A stretch of 62,668 nt of DNA, filler included, from Choristocarpus tenellus KU-1152 (GCA_964200185.2; 10 parts of 10 records of this genome joined end to end with filler, not necessarily neighbours in it); one strand, 5' to 3'. Counted from the whole stretch's first letter, positions 36,675 to 50,994 are shown. Notes: a model not told the origin generated them from the sequence alone. A program made the numbers and translations.

Positions 36675-39600
36675 AAGTTTGTTGTTGTTGATCTGACGTG
36701 GTGGGAAAGAGCAAGTAGTTGAATCCCGTCTATCCAAAACCAGGTATCCCTCTATCTGGAAAGGGTGGTGAAGAGTTAGATCTGTATTGTACTTTCCTAT
36801 TTCAGAAGGCCAACTTGAGCCCTGACATATTTGTTGAGTAATTTTCCCATAGCAGTTCCCATGTTGTTTTCCAACTATTATTTTTCAATTATTAAAATAT
36901 ATATATATTCGTATTATTAATGGCTTCTTGTTCTGAATCTGTTCATTCTTGCCATAATGTCTGGGACTAGGCAGTGTGATTTTTGAGGTTCTAAGATGCG
37001 ACTCGATCGGTATCATCTGCTCTACTCCAGCAGTAATGTGGTAGCTGAAGAAACACTTTTTTTTAGCTATGCAACACCTCCTTTGGAGTTGGAGGACATA
37101 TGTGAGAGCATGATGGGTTTCAGCACAGGAGGAGTGAAATGGTTTTACACAGGTCGCCTCAGTGATGCAGTTCAGAAAGGACCTCAATCACAGAGGTACC
37201 GCACAGTCTAACCACACTGTCATTGATGCATGTGTGGGTTGATGTGTGTAACACTTAATATCTTCAGACAATAGTTGATATTATATGGAGTAGTTCTGCT
37301 TTGTTGTTGTGGTTTGTTGTCGTTAAGTGAAGAGGCGTTCTAGTTCACCAAAGGCGGAGTCAAGCGGGTCAGGAGATGGCCCCCACCATGAGCACCCAGA
37401 CCTGCGCCAGCAAGACCACTTGTAGGCCGAGAGGTGCTGTTGTCGGTGCTGAGGAGTAGGTGGCTGCGTGTGACCATGTGGGCAAAAGGGGGCAGAAGGA
37501 GACAGTCTTAATACTGGGTGAGGAGTACCTGCAGGATAGCAAATCTTCTGGTGTAAGTGGAGATGCACATCATCATATCATTGGGACACATCTGCACTCT
37601 TCCTTTGTCCACAAAGAAGACACACCCTCTCACCAAGGATACATCCCATGCGCAAGATAAATGAACAAATGACTAGAAGTCAAGCCTCCTCTCACTTGAA
37701 TTAGGGGTATTTTCTACATTAAAACTCCCAAATTGTAATGCACCCCCGGTTTCTTGGTGCATGCTGTGAATTTGCAAACCAGAAGGGAGGGAATCAAAGA
37801 CCACTCCATAACATTTTTTATTCCCATGCCTGGGTAACTCACCAACACAAGCATAATCTGAGTCGCAGTTGTGGAACTCACACTCCGTCTTGAGGTCCTC
37901 AAATGGAGTGCTATCACTGCAGCCCAGGTCCTCCATACATCGCAGGGTACTAGGGTATGCTGATGTTGATCTGATCAGTAGCATGGGATGCAAAGACCTC
38001 AAGAGTAGGGAGTGGTGACTCTACAGCAAAAGAATATTTCTTGATGTGTCCTTGTCACAGAGGAGGAAACTAGATTGAAGTATTGTGAATGGACGTATGA
38101 AGTTGTCTTCCATCTGTACTAGTTCCTTCCCTGCAGTGGCAGTGGAAACTTACCCCTTGACAACTGCTCTAAAGAAAAAATGTACAGATTCGAAAAACAT
38201 TGGAACACATACATATATTTTTTAATCCGTAACTCATTGCAGTCATTATGACCCTTTCTTGTGCATCCATTAACCAAGCCCCATAATACTGTATATTTGG
38301 AAGGATTCCCTTCAAGGTCAGGTTGCTCTTCTAAAGTATACAAGTACTGCAAGTACTGCAGTAGTGGAACAAAAAAATCTGCTCAAAATATTTGCATCAA
38401 TTCAGCTTATTTGATCTGTGGACCATTCATTGGCACGAACAACTAAAGTGACTATCTAAGTGTGTCATTGTATGTTTCTTCTCCATCTTTCTTTGAATAT
38501 CCTGCATAGGTAGGGGTGGAATCCTATAGACCTGTGCCAGATAATCATACTCGGGAAAGCCTTGGCCTATTCCGAATTCTCAACGAAGACAATGGTGAAG
38601 AAAACACACGAAAGGAGATTGTTGGACTTCAATATCTTACATAGGGCTTCAAACAGATAAGCATTCTATCTCACACATTTGATTGTATGTGTTGTATGGA
38701 GAATAATACGATGAGTCAATAGATCTTGGAAGAAACTATTGAAGGATAAATGATCTTTGGCAAAAATATATCACACAGAGATTGCTGTCAACAACTCACG
38801 AGTAGATAGATGTCTGCACTTCGTTATCTCGGAATAGAGGGCAGCACTCTGGCTCCGGTTCCACCGTAAGGACATTGATCCTGCACGTAGGTAGGGGTAG
38901 GGCAATTACTGTTATGTTTAACTCTTGTATCCGCTGATGTCGTTCAGTCTTGGGAACAGTTACAAAGGAGGGTTGGATGCACTTTTTGTTTGGAATCCCA
39001 TTATTGCCTACAGGTTTCCTGTCCAAATGACCCATCTTTGGAAGCAAGTTCAATAGCAAACGCCGTAACTGCCAGAATATTTATCTCCGTCATGCCTGCT
39101 GAAAGTACTTCGGTCTATTGAGATGCTGCCCTACTTATGTTGTGGGCTTCCAACAAAAAGCTATCGTATCATATGTTTCTCTATCTCCTCTCTCTCACCC
39201 ACAGCCTGAAGGGACGTTTCCAGAAGTGTTGGAACGTAAATCCTTTAGACACTGATATGCCTTTTTGCAACGAAACGTGATGTCCGTGGATGGAAGAGGA
39301 GGTTCCAGTGTGGCATATGCATTTGAACAGCACAATTTTAGGTGGCAAGAGGAGGTATCTTTGAACTCGTTTAGTACCAGTTAGAGTTATTCGTTAATTG
39401 CGATCTTCCCAAGCTACTTGAAGGGGCTTGGGGCACACCCTAAAAGCGGTCACTATCGCTATGGGTCTGTCAGAAATTAAGCCAACTATTTTGCTCCATA
39501 GCGAGCATGCCTCCATCATTGCGAAAATACAAGTGCCGTATCCCCACCTCCACGTACTGACATCCATCGCACTTGAGATACGGAGGACCTAGACTCCCCC

Positions 39601-41863
39601 CACCAACTATATAGCAGTTGGATGCCCAGTAGTCTGTGAGCGATTGCCATTTTGAGGTATAACAATACTGAAGGATGAGGACTCAAATCATAGGTATGTC
39701 ACAATAGGACCTGAGAAAGGTAGGGTGCTCGAAATGCTTCAAATCAACTGCCTTCTACCTACACTACAGCGTCAGACTCAACTTGCTGGCAACAGCCAAC
39801 GACTTCCAACCATCCGACCACTTAGCCCTCACCATAGGCCGTTGCTAACCATAGGCATCTTGCTATCACCACAACAAATGGGGAACAGGGGCAAAACCTC
39901 AGCATCATGCCTTGTGTGATGGCACCCTCCAATCACACCTTCCTCTCTTCTGTGTAAGTTTTTTAAAAGAAAATTCGGACTCTCTAGCCCTCAAATTTGA
40001 AGTGCGTTGCGTTTGTAGAGGAATTGGTTGTGTTAGGTCGTCTCCTCAGCACACGATAATCTTACGGTTACATTCCTACCTCCAGAATATCCTTGGTGAG
40101 ATCTCACTACTCTTCTTCAATCGAAAGAACTGTGTAACTGGTCGTTCGAAAAAATTACATAATAGTCGTTAAAAAAATTCAATCAACATCAGAAAAGGTT
40201 GCGCAAGGAATGCGTATGGTAGTGAGGAAAAAGGGCAAAGTCAAACAAATTTCCTAGATTTTGTATTGACTTTCGACACAATTTATTGTAGATTTTTCCC
40301 TGTTTATCCACTTGTTCTACAACCAACAACCATCAGTCATATTATTTTTATAAACTACATGGGAAGACAAGCTACTAAAAAATACTGTTCATTCTCTTAT
40401 GTGATATTATGATGTCGTCATAAATTAACCGACCAATCTCTATCCTTGTGATAAACTCACCTGTTAAGGTCTTTAACAGAACCTTCTACAAATATTTTGG
40501 AATGAATGTAAAATCACTATGTTTTTACGTAGAATTGGTATATTTCACTATTATGTACGTTTATGATAAACTTTCTCCGAATTGTTGTTGATTAGATGCC
40601 TTAATAAATATTACAAAAAAACTGAATATACCCAAACACGTTTAATATGTGTGCTTTTCTTAAATCTTCGTCCAAATCGTGTTTCATTGGATGTTTGTAG
40701 TGGGAGTTATATGATCTACAGGAAAACCCAACTACTATTAATACTGTTTTAATGGAACAATAGTACTTATATATAGTACGTGTACCATTTTAAGGCACTC
40801 ATTTAATAAGGCATCTCTTAAAGTAAGTTACATAAAAATAGTTAACGGATTGAAAAATGTCTTTGACATTTCTGATAGCTATAACTTTTTCAAGGATTGT
40901 TCTGATATTGTATTACTTGTTCTGATATTGTTTTTTCCCCTGACACATCTACGAAATTCCAAAGGTCATAACAATGTATGTTATATTAATTTCTACGATT
41001 TGCACTGTTAACGATGTTTTGGGAAGAAATATTGGGCCCAGATGCCTTAACATGAATAGACATACAACACCCACAATAAAACCTTAATGAACATGTGTTA
41101 TAGGTAAATTGTCTTAATAGCGGGAGTTTCGTAAACGCCACATTTACCTCGAAGTCCCAGATTTTATATATATTTGACATGTTGTAGATGTGTCAGGAGG
41201 GAAACCAATGAAATTTGTACTTTTGACTGTGTAGTTATCACTTAGTCTCTTGTGAAGCCACAAAAATAGAACGAACGGTATTCAGTCCTATTTTTATACC
41301 CTGATAATATGCATAAAGTGAATAATCAAAGTGAGAGATCCAGCATATTTGACATAAAACAGTATCGATATGTTTTTTTTTGTATTATAATCATTATGGA
41401 GCCTTCTACGAGTTTGTGGATTAGAGTTACACATCCATCATGGTAATGTTGCGGAATATTTTGTAAGATGGAGGTCCTACGGAGACTTGAACCTCATGTT
41501 AACCATACACTAAAACACTACCTTCCAACGTCTTCCACTTTAAGGTATATTATGTCCAAATTGGCGACACATGCCTTAAAGCGGTCTATTCCCCTTAGAA
41601 TGGTGTGTGAGGAAATAAATAATATGGTCGTGTTTTTCAGTGGAATGTTCATATCTTAAAATGATACCCTTACTACTGTGCTGAGTTAATACAACGGTAC
41701 ACTACACTCCAACATCACTGATCTCTCCAACCTTGGTATCCCATTCACACGGAATGTGTCGGGTGTAAAGGGTGCCAGTAGCGGACTACAAAGCGATTAT
41801 TACGCGCCCACTCTGTGGGGCCAGCACAAAGACAAGTAGTGACTAAGAGCTGGCTCATCTGTG

Positions 41864-42271
41864 ATGAACATCAACGAAAGGACAGCTCTTGCTCCCACTA
41901 CCTTAGTGCAAACTCCTTCAAATCGATTCAGGCTAGGGTGGAGATGTATCGCATATGCACTCCCGATAATGACTGCTATCACTGCAGTGGTATTCCTCCT
42001 TCCCATACCAAGGTTCCACGCCCCTCACCGTGGTAATGCTGAGACTAGCAAGGATGAAGGTGGCAAGGGTATGGTACTTGAAGTGGTTCCTGGCATGCAG
42101 CCGCTCGCAACCACTGACCCGAAAGACGCATTTTGTCCGCACATGGACAGACCAGAGGAGACCTGGCCGACGAAGGCCTGGGGGAACCTCTTCGAAGAGT
42201 CTTCGGACCTTCACACAAGTCTACCAACGAATGCATGGTGGGAGAACATCGTGTTAGGAGATCCAACTCAG
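41864..42271 (+). CDS. Glycoside hydrolase family 81 endo-beta-1,3-glucanase, exon 1
   Basis: ATG at 41864; hydrophobic segment IAYALPIMTAITAVVFLLP; LPTNAWWENIVLG (GH81 PTNxWW motif); cag|gtgagg donor. Confidence 0.85.
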
Positions 42272-42516
42272 GTGAGGGATCGTCATCATCTGTTCGTATT
42301 TGTTGCATATTGCCCAGTTATTGAGGAACACACGATGCTATTCGTCGTTGCAGACGTTCTTACTATCGCTCGTCTCTTCTCAGGTCCTTGATATCTCAGC
42401 TTCAAACTGGCAAGCCTGACCCGTTTCAATGTAGTAGGTCGGTACTATCCAGGCATCACGCCAAACGTGGACGCATTACTTTCACCCGTCTTCTCATTGA
42501 TGCCTTACCTTCTCAG

Positions 42517-43963
42517 GAGAGACCAGAGAACTTCCTAGCAGTCCTTCCCTACACGTTCGACGTGGCAGGGGAGTCCACAGGCTTGCGTATCCACTCACCC
42601 CAGATCTATGCGTCTGATCTGATCGTGATGACCAGATTCGACTGGCGCCACGCCTTCCACCTGGGCTGCGTCGAGGACGTGGGTTCTCACACAGTCAGTG
42701 ATCCAGGCCCCCTTTCAGTGACCATTGACTGGTACGTGGAAAAATACGAAGAGGAAGAGGAAGAGGAAGAGGGTTCAGCTTCTGAGGTCCCGCCCATCTC
42801 TTCTCCCCCCTCCAGTGTCTCATCCTCGTCGTCTATAGAGATAAAAGCTCCTGGAATGAGCGTTCCCGCCGTCCGGGGCTCCCCATATGCCACGATGGAG
42901 TACCGTGGCGTCCGACCATTCATCTCGGCAAGGCAGGAAGCCACATCGATCCTCGTCGACGGCACAGCCATCGAACATTGCGGCAATGGTACCCACGTCC
43001 AAATCGAGCGTGAGTTGGAGATTACCTTCTCCGGATCTGTAAGCAGTGATGACACGTGGCTTGTTTTCCTTTCCCAGCCCATGACTTTCCTCTGCAGCTC
43101 CTACTTTCAGATGGAGCGGGGTGAACCACCAACGCCGGGAGCCCTTGGAGCCTGGCAGAGGATGCCTCGGTTTGAGCTCACTGCCGTAGCTCCCCTGGAG
43201 TCTGGGGTGATCCGTGCAGCACTTGCCAATAATTGCTCCACAGGAACGAGCCCGACAGGATGTGAGAACTGGGGAAAGCCCAATGACCGTGCTAAGTACA
43301 CTTCACTCCTTCGTGACCATGCTGAGGTATACCCTACAGGCGCCGCCCGGGTGAGTTATTCCTCAAGCAGCCTCAACTGGATTGAGAAGGCCCTCCGAGG
43401 GGATGGGGCCCAGGCAATCTCTGCTTCTCCCCCAGTGTCGTCCTCGTCCTATGAGTCCCAGATTCTGACTGAAAGCGACACCAGCAGCGTTGAAGAAGAA
43501 ACTGCTGTATTAGACAGAGCGGACAGAGTGGTGAGGGGCGACAACGGAGGGCCGAGCATGAACAGAGATGGTAAGACTCAGGAGAAGACTCAGGAGAAGG
43601 GTGAGGATGCAACGGAGAAGGGTACGCTTACGTTTCAGTGGGGTCCGCGGAAAATGGACGGCACCCCGTTCATCCCATCCGTGGAGAACGCCCCTGGGGG
43701 AAAGGCAATGCTTCACTTCGCCCTTCCCCACCACGAGCTATCGCTCCTGACGGACAGCGTCACAGGGGTGGAGATGCCCACCCTGCATGGCCAAGCGCGC
43801 CTCGTAATTGCAAACTTCTGGGAGATGGAGTTGGAACTGTTTCCGGTGTCTTTTGGGGTGGAGCGTCCGGTTCGCGAAGAGATGCGCGACGCCGTAAACA
43901 GCGCTCTCGACGCCGACCTTGGCTTCGAAATTCCCGAGAACTACCTCCGGGGGGAGGGTGACA
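42517..43963 (+). CDS. Glycoside hydrolase family 81 endo-beta-1,3-glucanase, exon 2 (catalytic C-terminal exons beyond contig end)
   Basis: VRGSPYATMEY, LLRDHAEVYPTG, LHFALPHH, PTLHG, ending GEGD(T)|gtgagt at the conserved GH81 DTYxxGK motif. Confidence 0.9.
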
Positions 43964-44303
43964 GTGAGTTCTTATTTTATTTTTATTTTTATTTTTATTT
44001 TTATTTTTTTTCATTTTTTATTTTTTATTTTTTTCATGTTCTGGTTTTTAGTTTTTCATCTTTTTTCGTCTTTTTTCATCTTTTTTTTTTCTTTTCCGGA
44101 AACGCGGTCTGATCGGCTCTCGGCTGCAGTAGGTCCTGTCGGGGTTACAAGAGTGTGATGGTGATAACCCGATACTTTTTATTGTCCTTAGAAACGCCGC
44201 CTCNNNNNNNNNNNNNNNNNNNNNNNNNNNNNNNNNNNNNNNNNNNNTTAATTAATTAANNNNNNNNNNNNNNNNNNNNNNNNNNNNNNNNNNNNNNNNN
44301 NNN

Positions 44304-44385
44304 ATCTTTGGAAGCACACTTTTCCTGGTCAGGGTCCAAATGGACACCCTGGTGTACTCCCCCCCTCCCCCAGATAGTATGAGCC
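44304..44385 (-). mobile_element. MITE family B fragment at contig start
   Basis: Reverse complement matches 28369-28420; ends CCCCAGATAGTATGAGCC. Confidence 0.65.
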
Positions 44386-45984
44386 AATAGTTGTATTCGT
44401 GACCAGAAGTGCACAACTGCCAGATTAGCCCCGACTATGAACTGATGTATCTATCCCTTTGTGCTAACCCTAGCATTACCCTCATTCCTCAACAATCACT
44501 TTCACTCTGGATAGCACCAGATGCCACTCTCACGATGTCCACCTCTGTCAATTTCATCACCCATGCCCAGTTCCCACCATATACCGACCTTCCTACACTA
44601 TTATGCCCAAAAATGCCAATTTCCCCAACAGTACCATTTCCCCAACAAGACCTAGGAAGCTTGCTGATATCAATTCATCTAATCACCATGCATCTCCACC
44701 TTTGCTGCCGGACACTCCTCACCTCCCCTGTGGGAGAGATTACTCAGAGGTTGCCCTGATCCTGCTACCGTACTCCTTTGCCAAAACCTTTGACTTTGTC
44801 CTTCCTTTTCTACCCTTCCTCAGCCTCTGCCCCCCCAATGCCACTCATTTCTATTAACTTTCCGATTACCAAATCTGTTTCCATGACATGCACTCCTTTG
44901 CCTCTTGCCCACCATCAAGACTTTTCTCTTTGCCAGAATTTTGGCTAGTTTACTTGTCTACCACAGCGAACTCTCACCCTCACAAAATCAAATTACATAC
45001 AGCCCTGATTATTTAATGTTGGGAGTGTAGCTTTATTAGCTTAAGAGTGACTCCATAAGATTATATAGGGCATGAAATATATGTGGAAACTGACTCTTTT
45101 ATGGAATGGCCGAAGGACGAAGCCTGAACATGCAGTTGATACCTGAGAGAGGGTGGCTCAGTAGGATTGAGAAACAGAAATTACCAGGATACTCTCAAAG
45201 CCTTGTTGGAGCTCCTTGTCCTGCCGTTCATTATTGGAAGGGACAATTTACATCCTGTTCATGGAGGAAACAGAAAGTGTTGTGTCCTCCAAACCCCAAC
45301 AGGGCCTATCGTAAAATATATCTTATCAGATGGATTTGACATAGGCACTACCATCTTAGACAACCATGAAAATTCTGTACATTCGATACCGGTTTCTTAC
45401 GATGCGATAAATAAAGGTAGAGTATGTGCTTTAAATATCATATTTTTTTCTTTGGAAGGTTATTGGAAAGCCAGACTAGGGTCCTTGCTTAGAAGGGAAT
45501 TGGGGCATGTACAGGTATGAGCGCCCCTCAAGCTTGCAAAACGCAGACTTAAGTTTGCTAGTACTTCAAAACTGGACCCTGAAGTGGAGCATGTAAGCGT
45601 TATGTACTTCCATGAACGATGCCTAGAGTTCAATAAGTTCAAACTCAACATACACAGAAGAGGGATACCCATGAGTACTCTGGTGGCACAGTACAGCCTG
45701 CTCTCTCTTTATATCTACCAATAATAGAGCAGATTTTGACGACATTTCTTCCTATTGGCTTTTAAATGCAACATATTATTTCTATATAAGCTGTTCTATT
45801 GGGGGACATAGTGCCTTTTCCCTACACATCTTCTAGTCCCTCAAAAAACATCTTGTTCACTTTTATTTCTGTTCAAGATTGATAATATTAAGAATAATCT
45901 CGATGTGACTATCTCGACCTACAGATTATGCCACTTGGGGCGTAACATTGAACCAATGCCAACCAAATGCGTTTGTAAACTCAG

Positions 45985-46108
45985 GACCATTCTCCCCTGG
46001 GATTTTGAGGCGGTGGCTGCCTCAGTCAAGAAGACAGGGCGTCTGCTGATCTCCCATGAGGCCCCCAGGACAGGAGGTTTTGCAGCAGAAATCGCAGCAG
46101 ACATACAG
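45985..46108 (+). CDS. BCKDHB: Branched-chain 2-oxoacid dehydrogenase E1 beta subunit, penultimate exon
   Basis: (R)[41 protein letters not shown] with ag/gt boundaries. Confidence 0.93.
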
Positions 46109-46415
46109 GTGTGTCAAGCAACGGAAACGAGAAAAGGATCATATAGACCATAAATAGTCTGCATATCAGCTGGGCAATAGGAGGAGTTTGCCCTGCAACC
46201 TTAATATTGTTCTCATTACTATTACTTCACGGAAAAGGGGAGGGGGTTGTGTGATAGGTGTGTCTAGAAAGAGGGAATATTGTAAAAGTATGCCCTGTAT
46301 CTTGGAGCGCAAATATTAACTCGGCATAACAAACATTGCAGCAATAACCACCCACCAAAACCTTAGAATATTCACTATATGTCACACCTGCCCTATGTTA
46401 TCAATACCCGAGCAG

Positions 46416-46556
46416 GAGCGCTGTTTTCTGCATCTTGAGGCGCCTGTGCATCGAGTGTGCGGGTATGACACACCCTTTCCACTTGTCTTTGAGCGACTCT
46501 ATGTCCCAGATCAGGCCAAGGTGCTGGACGCAATCAAGGCAGCTGTGGGGTTCTAG
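46416..46556 (+). CDS. BCKDHB: Branched-chain 2-oxoacid dehydrogenase E1 beta subunit, last exon
   Basis: cag|[46 protein letters not shown]. Confidence 0.93.
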   Translation, partial: ERCFLHLEAPVHRVCGYDTPFPLVFERLYVPDQAKVLDAIKAAVGF

Positions 46557-49244
46557 GGGATGGAACGCAGCAGATATTGTTCTAAAGTGGGGTAGAGGGT
46601 CGCCGTGCACATGACCCCATGTGCGCTATAACTATTGTACGTGCTAGTTGTACATATGCGTTCATGAGTGTGGTGTATGCGTAATATCTAAATAAATTCA
46701 GTTAGAGTTATGGTTCGGCATCAGTTGGAATCTTTTACGGGTGTACTACATTGACAAAACCGAAGTTAAGGCTCTTATGAGTGGAAAAGCAAAGCTTTCA
46801 GTAAGAATGAGAGGTAAGGCAGATTTTTAGCTGCCAAGCATCATCGAAGAATCTTATCAAGGTGACTCAACCATTGCATACTTCACAATGGCATGCTCTT
46901 GCTGGTAGTGAAGAGGAATTGGTGGAATGAAGGGGGGCAGTGGATTTAACAATTGCTCACCCTTACCTTGCCAGGCAAACACAGTAGGACAGAATTGCAG
47001 AGTGGGATGGTACGGACGGTGGTGGTGGTAGATCTAATATGAGCACAAAGGGCTCTATAATATTTTGTTTTCATTGCTCCTTATGTTGTTGTTGAGTGTG
47101 TAAGATACTCTGGTGTGATCTCTGGAGAAGGAATTCTACAGGTACTGTGGCAGTTTCATGTACATAGTTCTTATGCTTGCCGGTATGCTTCACTTGAATA
47201 TATTTTACTTTTCATTCCAGAGAGGACTCAATCGACTGTTGTTACACGGTGAGATGGAAAGCAAAAACCCCTTTAAATTCACCTGTTCAACCCCTCTGCA
47301 GATAGTTCTTGCTCTAACACATAAAGCCGCGTTTCACTCTGTTGCACTGAGTGTCGAAGAGTGTCATGTGTGCCCTTCATCCAAATCAGTAAGCCCTTCA
47401 ACATACTGATGATGCACTTGGAGAAAATGCTCTTGGGTAATGCTACTCCTTAACTTTTTAAATGCCTTCAAAGAATTTCACACTATATTTCCATCTCTCG
47501 TAACATGGCGTACTGTCATGCACAGCGTGTTTTCAGAGTTATTTACATTTGTATGTAGTACTACCGTTGTAGTATTAATACTGCTGCAGTTTGATCACTT
47601 ACGAAATACTACTCCCTGCATTATTCCAACAGTCCTCTCTTGCTAATAATGCCGCAGGAGTTCAAGTACAAAGATCCAATGTCATGTATGGCAAACTCCA
47701 GATCAACCCTCACAAGAAACGTGAAGTTTTTAGCAATGGAACTGTTGCGAACAATCTGTGCTTCAGAGCAAGTGAAGGATCATGGTTCTTCATTGTAGAT
47801 GTAATGGTGGATCAACCTAACTCCTCAATAATTGGGTATGACTCTATACTGCATGCCACGTTAAAGCAATAGAAGTTATCACGCCTGATTATTCCTCAGC
47901 TGCATTAGTAGGAGCTCTGTGATTTGTATTGAGGCATTGCTTCGAGGATAACATTTCCGTTCCTTTAAAGCCAGTGCAGATGTTTGGAAATAAAAGGTGT
48001 ACCAAAGTACGAGATAACATTGATATTTGTTGTCTTGTGCTCAAGATTCCTGTCTCCAATAAGTGATTATTGACCTCTAGTGGGGCACAGCAAGTGTATG
48101 TACTCCAGAGTAGAAAGTAGAGGTGGTTGGAAAATCACAGCACAATATGGACTTAAATATACAAGTATCTATGTTTGAATACCTTCCATGGTAGAAATGT
48201 CAGAGTGATGAAAGGGGTTGTGAGGTTGTGGAGATAGTCCAACAAGTAATAGCCTCACACAATGTTACAAAACCATTGAACCGGACAGCTTTCAGCATAC
48301 AACAATTATATAACATACTTCGTGTGCTCAGCATACTGTATGTAAACAGAGAAATTTACAAGAGCAAAACAGTCCAAGTGGGGGTCACACTAACCAAGAG
48401 GTCTTACCTCCACTACCCAAAGCGGGCATCACCATCACTACAGTCATGAACATTATGTGACTGAGAAAAACTCAACTGATGTCAAGGACAGTGAAACACC
48501 AAGAGGCAAACTGCAAAAAAAAATGCGTGGACAGGAGATACACTACTAAATTCATCCCCCTTCAAAACAGAGTTTGTAGTTGTAACTCATTAACTCTTCT
48601 TCTCACCTTTACCCATTGTTATCTAATGCTGCTCAGTGACTTCAACACCCTTGAGTGTCCAGAGTTCTAACATTATAGTGAGAGTCACCAGGACAACAAA
48701 TGTATGGGTCGCCATGGAATTGCAATTATAATTATTCATGATGATACTTATACATACATCCCCAGCAACTACTACAAATGACCCGTGCAGTATCTGATAG
48801 GGCAGGAGGCAAGATGATGATATTGATGTCTAGCAAAAGAAAAAAGTGGGGCACCACCACCCTCCTTGATAACAATTGGAGCAGTTTAATAATCTGATAT
48901 AAAAAAAGATGGGAGACAGTAGGAGTGACAGAAGCAATTGACATTTACTCCAAATTACTCAAATAGCACACATTGGAGTATCCCTTGCATTTGTACTAAT
49001 ATAGTACAACAAGAGAGGCATCAAAAGGAGTTCATTAACAATACTTAGCATTCAAATCATAGAACAATGGAACAACCGAAAAATTATCAGCAGGACTTAC
49101 GTATCTCTAGTACTGCACATTATAAGATAAACACAATAAATACTTCAAAGCATATACGATGATATAAACTGACCCTTAACTCTCTCACCCCAGGCCCCAA
49201 CCCTAACTCATCCCTAACAGCACGGTGGTGGTTAATACAAAGTC

Positions 49245-49365
49245 TAACTGAGTACATATCAATTTATGTATATTTTAAATGTTGTTAACTGAGTACATAT
49301 CAATTTATGTATATTTTAAATGTTGTTAACTGAGTACATATCAATTTATGTATATTTTAAATGTT
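49245..49365. repeat. Perfect 41-bp tandem repeat x~3
   Basis: TAACTGAGTACATATCAATTTATGTATATTTTAAATGTTGT at 49245, 49286, 49327. Confidence 0.93.
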
Positions 49366-49766
49366 ATCTTGATCATAAAAGCAATTTCATTTTGAGGTTC
49401 CATATTTCAACTCCTGTTCAGAGCCTGGTAGGGATGATAAGAGCTTGCCTAGAGAGGTAAGAACTTAATACAGGGGAAGAAAGCCTAGGATGGTCCATGT
49501 ATTGTAGCCGGTGGGATGTAACCAATACCTAATGCACATTAAAAGCCTTCAGTGAATTCGATGCAAGGAATTATGGAGATACAAACGAAGAGTGTCGACA
49601 TTATAACCCATCAAATTTTCTTCCTCAGCGGTGGGGGCAACAATCAGTGAGCACATGCCATCCAAAAGCATGTAAAACTTGTTGGTTCTCAAGGTAGTCC
49701 TCCCCTACCAACGATATATTGCTTTGCACCACTACAGAACAACAATCCACCAGAGCTACGCCACTC

Positions 49767-50994
49767 TCAGCACAAGCCCTCCACTGAGATAAAGCTTCCA
49801 TCCATTGTCCGCTTCACCAGAAGCTCTGCCACCACAGCGGCAGGGTTGATTGGACCGTAGATGTGGGGGAACTCCTGGGCATTCTCCACAGACTCACCTG
49901 CCTCCTCTCCGGCACTCTGCGTACTATGAGCGGTCTTCTCGCCAACAGGAGCAGCTATTTTACCATGATTTAGCGAAAGACAGAGAAGCACATTGCGGTA
50001 ACCGTGAATTAAAAATAAGGTTCGGAAACTGGTTCGGAATTGTGGCAGCATCATAATGAAATCAAGATTGAATCAAACTCACAAAATGACGACACGAGAA
50101 CTCAAGCCCGAACAGTAACGAGCCCAAGGAGCACTTTACACAAGTATTAACGCGTACGCAAGCCATCTTCGTACTTCAAGGTGAACATGGAACTCTGCAA
50201 GCGAATATCAACGGTAAGCAAAAGTTTTGTTGAAGTAACCCGTCCTTCCACAAAGGACGCTGGAATGCCTCGAAGCAAACTCCAGGTCCAAGCTTGGGCG
50301 ACCCGTGTCCTAGCCCCAGCCAATCGCAACAGGAACGACTGCACTAAAGTGACAAGGAATAAGAGACGACGTGCAGTCAGCAGCGATTTCCACAGACCTG
50401 CTTCATACTTCACTTCTGACGTCAACAGGTCGACGTCAATCCGAAGGCACAAGAATGTGCCTGGTACATCTGCATCACAACATACAGCAAGGGTGGCTAG
50501 GGACGTCAGATACGTGGATCTTGCTGAGTTAGTGGACTTCTTTTAGTTGCTCTTCTGAGCTTGGTACCACCACACACGTATTATGTAACTATTGGTGTGG
50601 TGCAGTATCTGTAACGAAAATTCAAAGCGTTGAACTCTTCGACAGGGCACACAAGGTACTAAGCATCTGACTCAGTGCATGGGAGAGATCATCGGATATA
50701 GATACTCAGCATTAGACCTTTGGTAGATCATTTAGTAAGTAGACCTGTGTAAAAGTGATTCGCAACGGGGAGAAGGAGCTCGGCCTCTGCAGTGGCATGA
50801 ATAAACCCATCTTGTTGGTAAGTAGAGGGGAGGTAGGTCCCCCCGTTTGAGAAATTATCCCGCCACTTCGCTTCTTGTACCAGGTGGTAAATGTATTTAT
50901 GAGGCATGGACTTCTTTTCGCAGGGAGGTCTGGGGCACTGTTGTGTTTGGGAAGAATCCCCCTTCAAAATATCATTCAAGATGGTCATCAACAT
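49767..50994 (-). CDS. DUF952-family protein, three exons (50994-50745, 50469-50398, 49954-49767)
   Basis: IYHLVQEAKW...YLPSTYQQDGFIHAT...VANHFYT|DVPGTFLCLRIDVDLLTSEVKYEA|AAPVG...FPHIYGPINPAAVV; both introns phase 1, GT..AG; start could instead be the ATG at 50907. Confidence 0.88.

Noticed and set aside
43964-44112. Phe/Tyr-rich C-terminal transmembrane tail of the 574-aa ORF
   Set aside because: Read-through into a T-rich intron after the gtgagt donor at 43964
34693-50994. Metabolic gene cluster (polyamine, GH81, BCKDHB, DUF952)
   Set aside because: The genes are functionally unrelated and lie on three different contigs separated by artificial linkers
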